Assembly (NCBI GenBank): GCA_965197925.1
Contig: CBDAOC010000020.1
Location: 864,001-928,000, forward strand
Direction of reading: 5' to 3'
Length of the DNA stretch: 64,000 nt
DNA from: Nitrososphaerales archaeon
GTDB taxonomy: Archaea; Thermoproteota; Nitrososphaeria; Nitrososphaerales; UBA213
The position numbers were made by a program, and so were the translations under genes. Of the stretch, positions 1-9,154 are shown piece after piece (within the stretch, counting starts at the first letter, position 1; each line of letters starts with the position of its first letter). The notes below the pieces were generated by a model that saw only the letters and a program-made list of their open reading frames with translations, did not search any database and was not told where the DNA came from.

Positions 1-510
1 TCTATCAAAAAATAAAATTGTAATTTTGGCAGTTTGACCTACAAAATAATCATTGCGATCTTCATAAAATCCTACCTTCATGAGCTTAGGGTGTATCTCT
101 AATCTACCAGCAGTGATACTTTTTGATCCAGTATAATGATCCTTTGAACCGTAATACTGATCACGACCATCAAAAATGGCAAAGATGGTAATAGTACCTT
201 CTTTCCCACCTTGAATAAGCTCTGCAATCCATGAAGTTTCATATACTCCATCCTCATTGGTCCATGCCGTAATCAGTAATATGGATTCAGTTTCTCTTTC
301 TTCCACAATTCTAATGGGCATATTAAAAAGACCCTCGCCGGTAGCTGATCTCAGAGTACCAGTAAATACAACCTCATCTCCAGGTGCAACCTTGGATGTA
401 TGTAGATGGAAAGTCAAGCGAGTTGCCATATTATTATCTGCGATCGCAGTGGAAGAAATTCCTGCTAGAAATAATATCACTGTCAGTGACACGGCCGAAT
501 ATTTAATCAT
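1..510 (-). CDS. Secreted/surface protein, Ig-like beta-rich (partial, runs off the window start)
   Basis: Manual translation from ATG at 510: MIKYSAVSLTVILFLAGISSTAIA (signal peptide) then ...VAPGDEVVFTGTL...TNEDGVYETSW..., with no stop before position 1. Absent from the ORF track because it lacks a stop codon. Confidence 0.7.
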   Translation of the reverse strand, partial: MIKYSAVSLTVILFLAGISSTAIADNNMATRLTFHLHTSKVAPGDEVVFTGTLRSATGEGLFNMPIRIVEERETESILLITAWTNEDGVYETSWIAELIQGGKEGTITIFAIFDGRDQYYGSKDHYTGSKSITAGRLEIHPKLMKVGFYEDRNDYFVGQTAKITILFFDR

Positions 511-1122
511 CGTCACAAAAGTATGTGTTCGTTGGATCACTATATAGGTTTCAACACCAACAGTAACTAACAAATAATCCCATAAAGCTATCTTCAAAGG
601 TGAAATATTGTTTAGAATTATGGAATTGATTCTCTATGTTACCTTTGCTGCAAAAACACCAATATCTTCACCCTATAAAAATTGAATATTTCTCAGACCT
701 AATTCGGATAATACTTGATACGACGATGTAGGTCTATTTATTCAACCGTGAGATCATACAAAGGCGCAGAATTCAGAGATAAAATGTCTAATATCAATGG
801 TTTGGAATCTAATCTTAACTCTTCCTTTCAGCAAATGTCTAATCTACACATATTTCCCTTCAGCTGAATTATAGAAAAGCCTTTTGGCATACACAATTTC
901 ATTTATTGTGATTTTGAAAATATGTACTTAATTTAAGAACACTATACTCCCTCTTGTTTTTCACTAAGATTATTTTGATGGATAATTAATGCTAGGGACG
1001 TACATCGTATCCAGAACAGTAATGCTGATTGAAATTTGGTATGGATAGAAAAGGAAATCGATATTCTTTAAGATCACTAGTACCAATATGTAAAACATAA
1101 TCACAAAACCTTATAGATAGCT

Positions 1123-2222
1123 GAGACTTAGGCATAATTCAATTATAATATTATTTTGAAATTATTACTATTAACTTCCCAACATGTGCTTCAATGCCCT
1201 TAATGGTCTTCCTGTCAAGTAGTTGTAGTATACCATCAGCTGGTATAGCAATATAGAAATCAGAACGATGCTCCTAGCTTTATCAAATCCTCTAACTGGC
1301 AATGGATCTATGGTAAATACATCCTTCATATGCTCTATCAATGGCTCAACACTTATGCTTCTTTGTGAATATACATGCTGCCCATATTCAGAGTTATAGA
1401 ACTACAGCAATGCCAGTCTATTATTATCTGTAGTATGCCTATACCTTTCCAATGGGAATACTGGATGCCCTCTATACCTGCTGAAATCACATAACTTGTG
1501 ATCATCATATCCTTCATATCCTTCATATCCTACAACATACCTTACCATTCCTGTAGGCAATGAAGATGTTATGCTTTCATACATCTTGTTATCAGTAATG
1601 TTAGCTGTTGTGAAATCAGCTGATAATGGAACTATCAACGAACCTGTGCTAGATGCTAGATGCATCTTGTATCCGAATATCCATCCCTTGGTTCTGCTGT
1701 AGCCCCATCGAGCATCTGTATCTATACCGGAGCGTGGCACTTCATTCTTCTTCATGCTAGATTTGTGCCATACATGTCCCTTTGCTTTCAACAATGAACT
1801 GTCAACGGATACTATGGATGAGTCTACCAACCCATCTTTTATGAAGAGCATACCCATAGCACCTATCCTTGATCTTATGTCAATTGATACGGCCTTGACC
1901 TTCTGTCGAATGTTCTTCTGTCTGGTAATCTATCAAGACCACATGCCTTCATTACCTTCCTGTTGTATGGCATGTCTATCGAAAAATATTCATGTAACAC
2001 ATTGTTGCTTGGTATTCTTACCCATACTCTAACGATGAAGCATCTCACCATAACTGTAGGAGAATAGTAGTAGGGTTTACCTCTCTTCTTAAGAGGTTTT
2101 GTCCGAGGAATCACGTCAATCAAAAATAATATACGAAGAAGTATCGAGTCTGAGCTAAACATATCAACAATAAAAACTAGAACCTGATCTTATCGTTTCG
2201 AGCCAAATTACGCCCAAGCCTC
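1123..2222 (-). mobile_element. IS type X (DDE transposase, IS4/IS5-like superfamily), frameshifted copy
   Basis: Ends GAGACTTAGGCATAATT / AATTACGCCCAAGCCTC form inverted repeats. Fragmented ORFs 1875-2162 and 1402-1857 carry VSVDSS, DTDARWGYS and FGYKMH motifs. Homologous to 30981-32072, 49231-49722 and 55341-55885. Confidence 0.85.
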
Positions 2223-2736
2223 AAATAATTAAGAAAATTTAAAAAAACATTAGCGACTGGGGAGATTGGGGTATAGATTATTTCGAAAAATCTGATTCTA
2301 AGAATATTTCAATGGAGTTTTCATTAGTGGTTACGGAGATGAGATTGAACATGTTATGGTTAAGAAAGGTAAAAACAAATTCGAAATACCTCTAAATGAG
2401 CCAGAAATTAATCAAGAATTTCAAGGTCGCTCCTAACTAGGAGTTAATGCGCAAGTAATGAATCATTAAAACTACAATCGGCAATATTTACAATTAGAAA
2501 ATTCACTCGAAAATGCATCTAGTCTTTATTATACAGATTCTAAATTAGTATTTCTAACAACTACATTTAATTCAATTGTTAGTTTTAAATAAAGCCAAGT
2601 GTAATCTATACAGGATTATACGAAAGATTCTGTTTTCTTTGGAAATAATTTTTATGAAGAACCTGAACTAGATTTTGATTTTTCAAGTACTGATTTTCAG
2701 CATTAGAATTGTGCGATTTGTATAAACATTATTATA

Positions 2737-2783
2737 TATAAGAAATCTTATAATTCGAGGTGATTTGTATAAGAAGTCTTATA
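2737..2783. promoter_or_regulatory. Two 16-bp palindromes TATAAGA-NN-TCTTATA downstream of the ATPase gene
   Basis: 2737-2752 TATAAGAAATCTTATA and 2768-2783 TATAAGAAGTCTTATA. Confidence 0.6.
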
Positions 2784-2786
2784 ATT

Positions 2787-3983
2787 TTACCCATAATTCT
2801 GCTTGAGAAATTCCTTCACTATCCTATCGCGTATGAAGAAAGTTCCTTTCTTTTCTACCAAATCTACCTTCACTAACTCATTCAGGTAAGGAACAAGAGA
2901 TGTTGTAGGTTCATTGAGTTTTTTGCCAATCTCTGAGTATGACATCCTATCAGATTTAGCTAATTCGGTCAAGATCGAATTTAGCATTGGTCCACCTTGA
3001 GCTCTAGATATTGATTCTGATAGTACATAATTGACATACAATCTCAAAATACCAACAGGTGAAGAAAGTGATTTTTCAATGATTTTAGGTAATGACAGAT
3101 TCGGTTTCCATTCTTCTGCAAGTGCCATAAGGTAGAAAGGATGTCCTCCTACCAAATCAAATGCTTCTTTTGCAAGTTTAGAGTTAGGTTTTTGATCTCT
3201 GTCTTTAAGATATTTGTTGAATAGTTCTATTGCTTCATTTTCTTTCATCTCTCTTATTGGAATTTGAATAAAATGCTGGAATAATGATGATTTTCCCTCT
3301 TGAAGCAAAGTATTAAGTAAATGAACATGCGATCCACAGATTACATAATATACATTTTTGCTTCTTTGTTGTAAAACACCCCGGAATAGATCGATAATAT
3401 TACGAAGTCCTTTGTGACGTTTGAGTTTGATAAGATCTTGGAATTCATCTAAAATAACTACAAATTTCATGCTAGATTCATCTGCTATGGCATTAATAGT
3501 AGCAAATACTGCTTCAAACATAGGACGATAGTCTTTTTCACTATCACCAAACTCTAATTTTGGGAGGACTTTGACTTCACCGGTAGTATCTGTAGATAGT
3601 TCAATCCCTATACCTTTAATTTTTTTAGAGGATAAGGCCCAAGTGATCTTGGAAACCAATTCAAGTTTTTTGGCTTTGACTTTTAATCTTTGAATAGTTC
3701 CTAATTTTTGTAGATAAGCATAAAAAATTGCAGCTTGAAGGTTTTTGAGAAAAGTTTTTGGTTCTCCAAGATTGTACTGAACATCAAAGTTAACGACAAT
3801 GGTTTTTTTATCTGATGATAATATATGCTCTACTTTTTTAAGGATGGAGGATTTGCCAATTCGTCTATATCCAATAAGTACCATATTGTATCCAACTTTA
3901 GATTTAATTTTGGATACAACATTATCTACTTCTTCTACTCTTCCTACTAGATCTTCTGGAGGAGATGGTTTTCCTACATACAT
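2787..3983 (-). CDS. Archaeal AAA+ ATPase with C-terminal winged-helix domain
   Basis: Walker A GYRRIGKS, Walker B VVILDEFQ, GGHPFYL motif, and C-terminal wHTH (SYSEIGKKL...YLNELVKVDLV). Confidence 0.85.
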   Translation of the reverse strand: MYVGKPSPPEDLVGRVEEVDNVVSKIKSKVGYNMVLIGYRRIGKSSILKKVEHILSSDKKTIVVNFDVQYNLGEPKTFLKNLQAAIFYAYLQKLGTIQRLKVKAKKLELVSKITWALSSKKIKGIGIELSTDTTGEVKVLPKLEFGDSEKDYRPMFEAVFATINAIADESSMKFVVILDEFQDLIKLKRHKGLRNIIDLFRGVLQQRSKNVYYVICGSHVHLLNTLLQEGKSSLFQHFIQIPIREMKENEAIELFNKYLKDRDQKPNSKLAKEAFDLVGGHPFYLMALAEEWKPNLSLPKIIEKSLSSPVGILRLYVNYVLSESISRAQGGPMLNSILTELAKSDRMSYSEIGKKLNEPTTSLVPYLNELVKVDLVEKKGTFFIRDRIVKEFLKQNYG

Positions 3984-3992
3984 CTATAACAA

Positions 3993-4024
3993 TATAAGAA
4001 TTCTTATATATAAGAACTCTTATA
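3993..4024. promoter_or_regulatory. Two abutting 16-bp palindromes TATAAGA-NN-TCTTATA upstream of the ATPase start
   Basis: 3993-4008 TATAAGAATTCTTATA and 4009-4024 TATAAGAACTCTTATA, 10 bp upstream of the ATG at 3983. Confidence 0.6.
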
Positions 4025-4128
4025 TGGTTATATATAAAGGCTATTTAAATCAAGAGTGAATAAGAGCATAATTTGAACCATAAGACCATTAATTGAAAAA
4101 TAGTCTATAGAACGGTCTTTGTCTGTCA

Positions 4129-4238
4129 AAGCTCGGGACAGTGAGCGTTTGGGGTTTTGTAGCCACTCCAGTGGCTTACTGCCCAATTTTGATTCGATGG
4201 ACTTGAACTCACATTGGGTTCAAATCCCACCGAGCCTA
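4129..4238 (+). other. tRNA 3' fragment (T-arm plus acceptor strand, att-like) inside a predicted structured element
   Basis: 4215-4238 TGGG-TTCAAAT-CCCAC-CGAGCCTA is a T-psi-C arm plus acceptor strand. Upstream GCTCG can pair with CGAGC, and there is an internal hairpin AGCCACT-CC-AGTGGCT. No canonical D-arm or anticodon arm is present. Confidence 0.55.
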
Positions 4239-4348
4239 CTCAAGTTATGGTTTCAAACAAGTCGGTTTATTTCTGACCTGAATATTCTTGACGAACAAGT
4301 CAGAACGGTGAGATACTTTTATACTGTGAAGATTCCAGTTAAATGGTT

Positions 4349-4879
4349 TTATGTATGTCCGTGATTTTCTTCACCTTTCTCACCATGTATCGTTATCGTC
4401 ACAGTATATCCAGCATTACCATGGAAACGAACTCTTTCTTCCGATGTGTTTGCTAGAGCAATATCTGTAATACCTTCGCCTATATCAGCATGATACACGC
4501 ATGACAACGGGGGGTTCGAAAGTGGGGCAACATACTCCAATTCCAAAGGAGCAACATCTGGTGCCACACCGACAAGCAAAGTTAAAAGTTGTTTACCATC
4601 GGGTCCACATGGAACTTTCATTGCAACATGTCCCTCTTCAGACAAGTATGTTGTGATGTCCATTAGAAGTATGAAATCACTTGGATTTATCCAGCCATGA
4701 AGATTAATTGTTTCGGTATCGACTATATGCCTGCCAAATTCATCTTCTATCATCTCTTGCATAGATCCTTCTTCTTCCATTTCCTGACTAGCAGCCTGAT
4801 TCTGTCCCAGAAGAGCAAAAGGAATTAGTAAGCCTACTAAAACTACTGCAGAGACAATAACTATTTTGTTCGTTTTCAT
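4349..4879 (-). CDS. Secreted hypothetical protein (His/Cys/Met-rich, possible metal binding)
   Basis: N-terminal signal peptide, acidic linker, and GHVAMKVPC / SCVYHAD motifs. Confidence 0.65.
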   Translation of the reverse strand: MKTNKIVIVSAVVLVGLLIPFALLGQNQAASQEMEEEGSMQEMIEDEFGRHIVDTETINLHGWINPSDFILLMDITTYLSEEGHVAMKVPCGPDGKQLLTLLVGVAPDVAPLELEYVAPLSNPPLSCVYHADIGEGITDIALANTSEERVRFHGNAGYTVTITIHGEKGEENHGHT

Positions 4880-5680
4880 AATGGGAATTATCTAAGAGAT
4901 GATGTGAGAATATTTAACCTTTTATTGAATAGTTCATTTAAAGTGATTAATTGCTAGACGTATAATCGCATTTATACTAATTTACACAAAAAATAAAATC
5001 ATCAAATATATTTTGCAACTTTCATCCCAATTGAATAGATGAAGGTTCTTACTCAAATTAAATATCATTCGTAAGAAAATGGTAAAACTACAACTAAATG
5101 GAACTAGTACTATGGTCTGAGATAGTAATTACCAAACTAGAAACTTCACAATTTTGTAAGATTATTCTTGACAAGTCACACGGCGGCACATATGCGTGTA
5201 TTTATACGCCCGCGTGTACTCTAATAATATGAAGGCAAGCCTCCAAGTCTGCAAAGGTAAATCCTACACCATCTTTATCTAGTCTATAAAAGCAGAAGAG
5301 ACAAGGGTTAGGTACAGGCAAAGACTCAGGAAGTTCCTTACTGTTGTTTGTCATGATACCGAAAGCCTAGCTGATTTGGGAAGGTCTAACCCAAAGAAGC
5401 TAACGGAAGTCATAATAACTTACATATTGAAGGAGAAGGAACGCGTCAGGTCTAAGGAAATAAAACCTGGTACTCTTGCAGAGAATATCAAACCTGTCAG
5501 ACTCTTTTTCGAAATGAACGACATACTTCTAAACTAGAAGAAACTTTACAGACTCTTGCTAGGGCAGGAAGAGAAAACGGAGGACAGAGCTTATTCAAAG
5601 GAAGAGATTGCAAAACTCCTTGAGTTTGCTGACATTCGATCAACAGTCATCGTCCTTAGTATGGTGAGCTCTGGTTGCAG

Positions 5681-6575
5681 GGTAAGGTAGGGTAAGGTAG
5701 GGTAAGGTAGGGTAAGGTAGGGTAAGGTAGGGTAAGGTAGGGTAAGGTAGGGTAAGGTAGGGTAAGGTAGGGTAAGGTAGGGTAAGGTAGGGTAAGGTAG
5801 GGTAAGGTAGGGTAAGGTAGGGTAAGGTAGGGTAAGGTAGGGTAAGGTAGGGTAAGGTAGGGTAAGGTAGGGTAAGGTAGGGTAAGGTAGGGTAAGGTAG
5901 GGTAAGGTAGGGTAAGGTAGGGTAAGGTAGGGTAAGGTAGGGTAAGGTAGGGTAAGGTAGGGTAAGGTAGGGTAAGGTAGGGTAAGGTAGGGTAAGGTAG
6001 GGTAAGGTAGGGTAAGGTAGGGTAAGGTAGGGTAAGGTAGGGTAAGGTAGGGTAAGGTAGGGTAAGGTAGGGTAAGGTAGGGTAAGGTAGGGTAAGGTAG
6101 GGTAAGGTAGGGTAAGGTAGGGTAAGGTAGGGTAAGGTAGGGTAAGGTAGGGTAAGGTAGGGTAAGGTAGGGTAAGGTAGGGTAAGGTAGGGTAAGGTAG
6201 GGTAAGGTAGGGTAAGGTAGGGTAAGGTAGGGTAAGGTAGGGTAAGGTAGGGTAAGGTAGGGTAAGGTAGGGTAGGGTAAGGTAGGGTAGGGTAAGGTAG
6301 GGTAAGGTAGGGTAAGGTAGGGTAAGGTAGGGTAAGGTAGGGTAAGGTAGGGTAAGGTAGGGTAAGGTAGGGTAAGGTAGGGTAAGGTAGGGTAAGGTAG
6401 GGTAAGGTAGGGTAAGGTAGGGTAAGGTAGGGTAAGGTAGGGTAAGGTAGGGTAAGGTAGGGTAAGGTAGGGTAAGGTAGGGTAAGGTAGGGTAAGGTAG
6501 GGTAAGGTAGGGTAAGGTAGGGTAAGGTAGGGTAAGGTAGGGTAAGGTAGGGTAAGGTAGGGTAAGGTAGGGTAG
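5681..6575 (+). repeat. Tandem array (GGTAAGGTAG)n, about 89 units, i.e. alternating GGTAA/GGTAG pentamers
   Basis: Directly visible. One phase irregularity at 6271-6290. It ends in the native GGTAG of the Arg-Val-Gly codons. Confidence 0.97.
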
Positions 6576-6997
6576 GCGCCCTTCCCAACTTGAAGGTGAA
6601 GGATATCATACCGGTTGAAATTGATGGAAAGGTAGTTTGTAGAAGAATTTGTTTATGCAAATTCGGCAGGGGAACTTGTAACATTCGTGAGCTTAGGGTG
6701 TTATCATGCTATTGAGAATTATTACGAATATAGAAAACGTAATCATGAAAAGCTCAACACGGAATCTCCCTTGTTGCGCGATTCTGTCAGGGTGTACAAC
6801 GTGAAAGAGATAGAACGGTGCAGGCCCCTTGAATAGAACGATCAAGATATCATGAAGACGTACAAATCCGGTCTTAGGGTGAAAATGGATGCTTGCAGAT
6901 ATGGGGTCTCAACTGACCGTGGTTTCCGCAAGTTCTTTAACGCCCAAGCAAAGCTTGCGGAGATGGAACCGCTTCATAAGGAAATGCTCTTGGGTCA

Positions 6998-7156
6998 CAA
7001 AGTAGGACTGGAGAGGAGCCATTATCTGAAAAGATCCGATATCTTGTCGATGTCATCACCTGTCAAAGTAGGACCAGAGAGAAGCTATTATGCAAACAGG
7101 GCCGGGATTGAAATACAGGGTGACAAGCCAGAGTAGGACCAGGAAGGATCTATTAT
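6998..7156 (+). repeat. CRISPR-like array inside the integrase: three 28-bp direct repeats with 38- and 37-bp unique inserts
   Basis: R1 6998-7025 CAAAGTAGGACTGGAGAGGAGCCATTAT; R2 7064-7091 CAAAGTAGGACCAGAGAGAAGCTATTAT; R3 7129-7156 CAGAGTAGGACCAGGAAGGATCTATTAT. Confidence 0.8.
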
Positions 7157-7491
7157 CGATCCCCCTGAGAGTGCCCTTCTGAAAGACTACAGGGTCATGC
7201 CAAATCTTACAATCAACGATGCAGAGCCGGTACGACTTGCCCAGAGTTGAAAAGGGACTGAACTGAAATTGAGCCGCTGAAGGATAAAGTTGCAGGGTTT
7301 GGGGAACTAGCCAAACACCTCAAAGAGCATGGTGTACTGAAGGATACCTCTTTCTAGAATATGCTCAGATCCCCTTGAACCTGAACATGGCTTCTACACA
7401 TGGCAACTAACAAAACCAAATCAATATAATTTTTGTAATCAGGCATCCTGGCTCCGTTGGGCACATCATTTCCACATAAGAGCTTGAACCA

Positions 7492-7595
7492 TATCCGTCC
7501 TCGAACTTCACCCGTAGGGTTTCCAACAGTGTGAATGTTAACACGCGTATTTCCCGACGTCATCTCGGCAATGAGTGCAGACAACATCTTACCAT
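7492..7595 (-). pseudogene. C-terminal fragment of a CHRD-domain gene abutting a CRISPR repeat
   Basis: LIAEMTSGNTRVNIHTVGNPTGEVRGRI matches the CHRD C-terminal signature (G.xYvNiHT..nP.GEiRGqi). Confidence 0.6.
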
Positions 7596-7625
7596 CCTTC
7601 AACCCTGCAATGGTTCGATTCAAAC
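7596..7625 (-). CRISPR. Isolated CRISPR repeat
   Basis: CCTTCAACCCTGCAATGGTTCGATTCAAAC, 26/30 identical to repeat 2 of the 9557 array. Confidence 0.75.
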
Positions 7626-7851
7626 CTATAGTATTTCACCGGGATAAGGAAACAGTGGATAGGCAACCAGCCAGGTATCTAATCCACCGAGTAATGACGG
7701 CAATAAAATTATTGCAAGGTGGAAAATAATATTTTTTAGGCGTGATCCTCTCTGCAAAAATGCAAAATAAGCATTGTTTGAGGATACTTATTTAACCATT
7801 AAGTGCCATAATACGTAGTAAAATCCAAAAAGAAGGCAAGAGATAGATACC

Positions 7852-7882
7852 CTTTCAACCCCTACAATGGTTCGATTCAAAC
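7852..7882 (-). CRISPR. Isolated CRISPR repeat, followed by a possible leader (7883-8179)
   Basis: CTTTCAACCCCTACAATGGTTCGATTCAAAC. The adjacent ~300 bp are non-coding and contain AAACTTTAAG (TATA-like) on the minus strand. Confidence 0.75.
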
Positions 7883-8179
7883 ATATTTCTGCCATTTCTC
7901 TTTATTGGAAAAATATGCCGGACACACCTTGAAATTTTGATCTGAGAATCGATCCAAGGTAAAAGCTGGACTGCCCTAGGCCGTGGTCGTGTATGTATCG
8001 CTCTACGAGATCCTAGAGAATGTCGCTCATGGCCTTCCCCTCCTTTTGAGAAATTCTCTTAAAGTTTGCGATTAAATCTGACTCTGCCGAGAATCCGAAA
8101 CATTCACGATTTTTGTATTTCCGCGGGCGCCCAAACTCCTATCCCTTCCCGTCCATATTTTCTTATATATATATATATA

Positions 8180-9056
8180 CAACTGATCCCAAAACTGATC
8201 ATTTAGTGAATAATTGACGATCATTTGGATCTATTTGCAATGCTGCCCGTAGCAGATCATGAAATTTCAGGAGATAACAGGTGAACAATGGAAGATGATA
8301 TCACCGCATCTCCCCAAGCCAGCCAGAACCGGAAGGCCAAGGGCAGACGACAGAAAGACAGTCAACGGAATCCTGTTTGTCGGGATAACAGGATGCAGGT
8401 GGACTGGGATGTCACAAAGGTACGGCTCCAAATCAACTGCGCACCGCAGACTGCAGAACTGGCAGCGACGTGGAATATGGAAGAATATCCTCTCCGCTGC
8501 AGTCAAATCAGCCCACAGATCAGGCAAGATGCAGCTGCAAAAAACGGTCGATTCGTCATCAGTTCCGGCCAAAAAAGGGGAAGCGTCATAGGATACAACG
8601 GATTCAACAGGATTTCAGGCACAAAAATACACGTTGCGGTGGAACAAAACGGACTGCCAGTCTCAGTAGTAATGTCCTGCAAATCAGCATGACTCTGCAA
8701 GATTTGTAGACGTGATGGATGGCATCTCACAATATCTGGATGAGAGATCTATCAGAAAAATTGCGCGGTGCCAAGCAGACAAGGGCCATGATGCAGAATT
8801 CATCAGGAAATACCTCACCAAAAGAAAAATCTCTGACTGCATGCCTTACAGAAAAAACAGTAAGACACAACAACAAAATGATAATACAGAACAATACCTA
8901 TACGGCAAGACGCGCTATGTTGTGGAGAGATTCTTTGCCTGGTTGAAGAATGGGTTCCACAGAACCAGGATCAGATATGAGAAGAATGCACAAAACTATC
9001 TGGCATTTGTTATCATTTCGTCGATTATGATGTATTGGAGAGTATTGGGATGACTT
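8180..9056 (+). mobile_element. IS5-family element (IS427-like group, type IS5a), orfA/orfB with A6G4 slippery site
   Basis: orfA 8259-8591 (MKFQEIT..W..GRPR..GCRW..STAHRR), AAAAAAGGGG near 8571, orfB with ADKG and RYVVERFFAWLK. TIRs AACTGATCCCAAAAC / GTATTGGGATGACTT. Near-identical copy at 25036-25912. Confidence 0.9.
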
Positions 9057-9154
9057 TAGTATATTTATATGAATTAGTTAGCGTATAATATTCCTGACCG
9101 TCATAAACTGTGTCGCTAAGACCGGGTGACAAAATCCATGTGTAAGGAGATTTA

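Larger units (their letters stand above)
5229..7357 (+). pseudogene. Tyrosine recombinase/integrase (thaumarchaeal type), inactivated
   Basis: Manual translation gives FFEMNDILLN*KK, EDRAYSKEEIAKLL, SSGCRV[repeat]GALPNLKVKDI, ESPLLRD, RGFRKFF, EMLLGHKVGLERSHY, and ..PESALLKDYRVMPNLTIN. It contains in-frame TAG stops, frameshifts and two internal repeat insertions. Confidence 0.85.

Noticed and set aside
257..547. 96-aa plus-strand ORF
   Set aside because: Shadow of the minus-strand secreted protein gene (1-510).
4119..4364. 81-aa ORF, or a complete tRNA gene
   Set aside because: The ORF merely reads through the tRNA-like fragment. No D-arm or anticodon arm is identifiable, so it is not called as a tRNA.
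5656..6684. 342-aa ORF of (PYPTLPYLTL)n
   Set aside because: The C/T/A-only minus strand of the repeat cannot form a stop codon. The ORF is antisense to the integrase and has no expression evidence.
7104..7114. GGGATTGAAAT inside insert 2, resembling a CRISPR repeat 3' end
   Set aside because: About 9 bp only and not repeated at the array period; probably chance.
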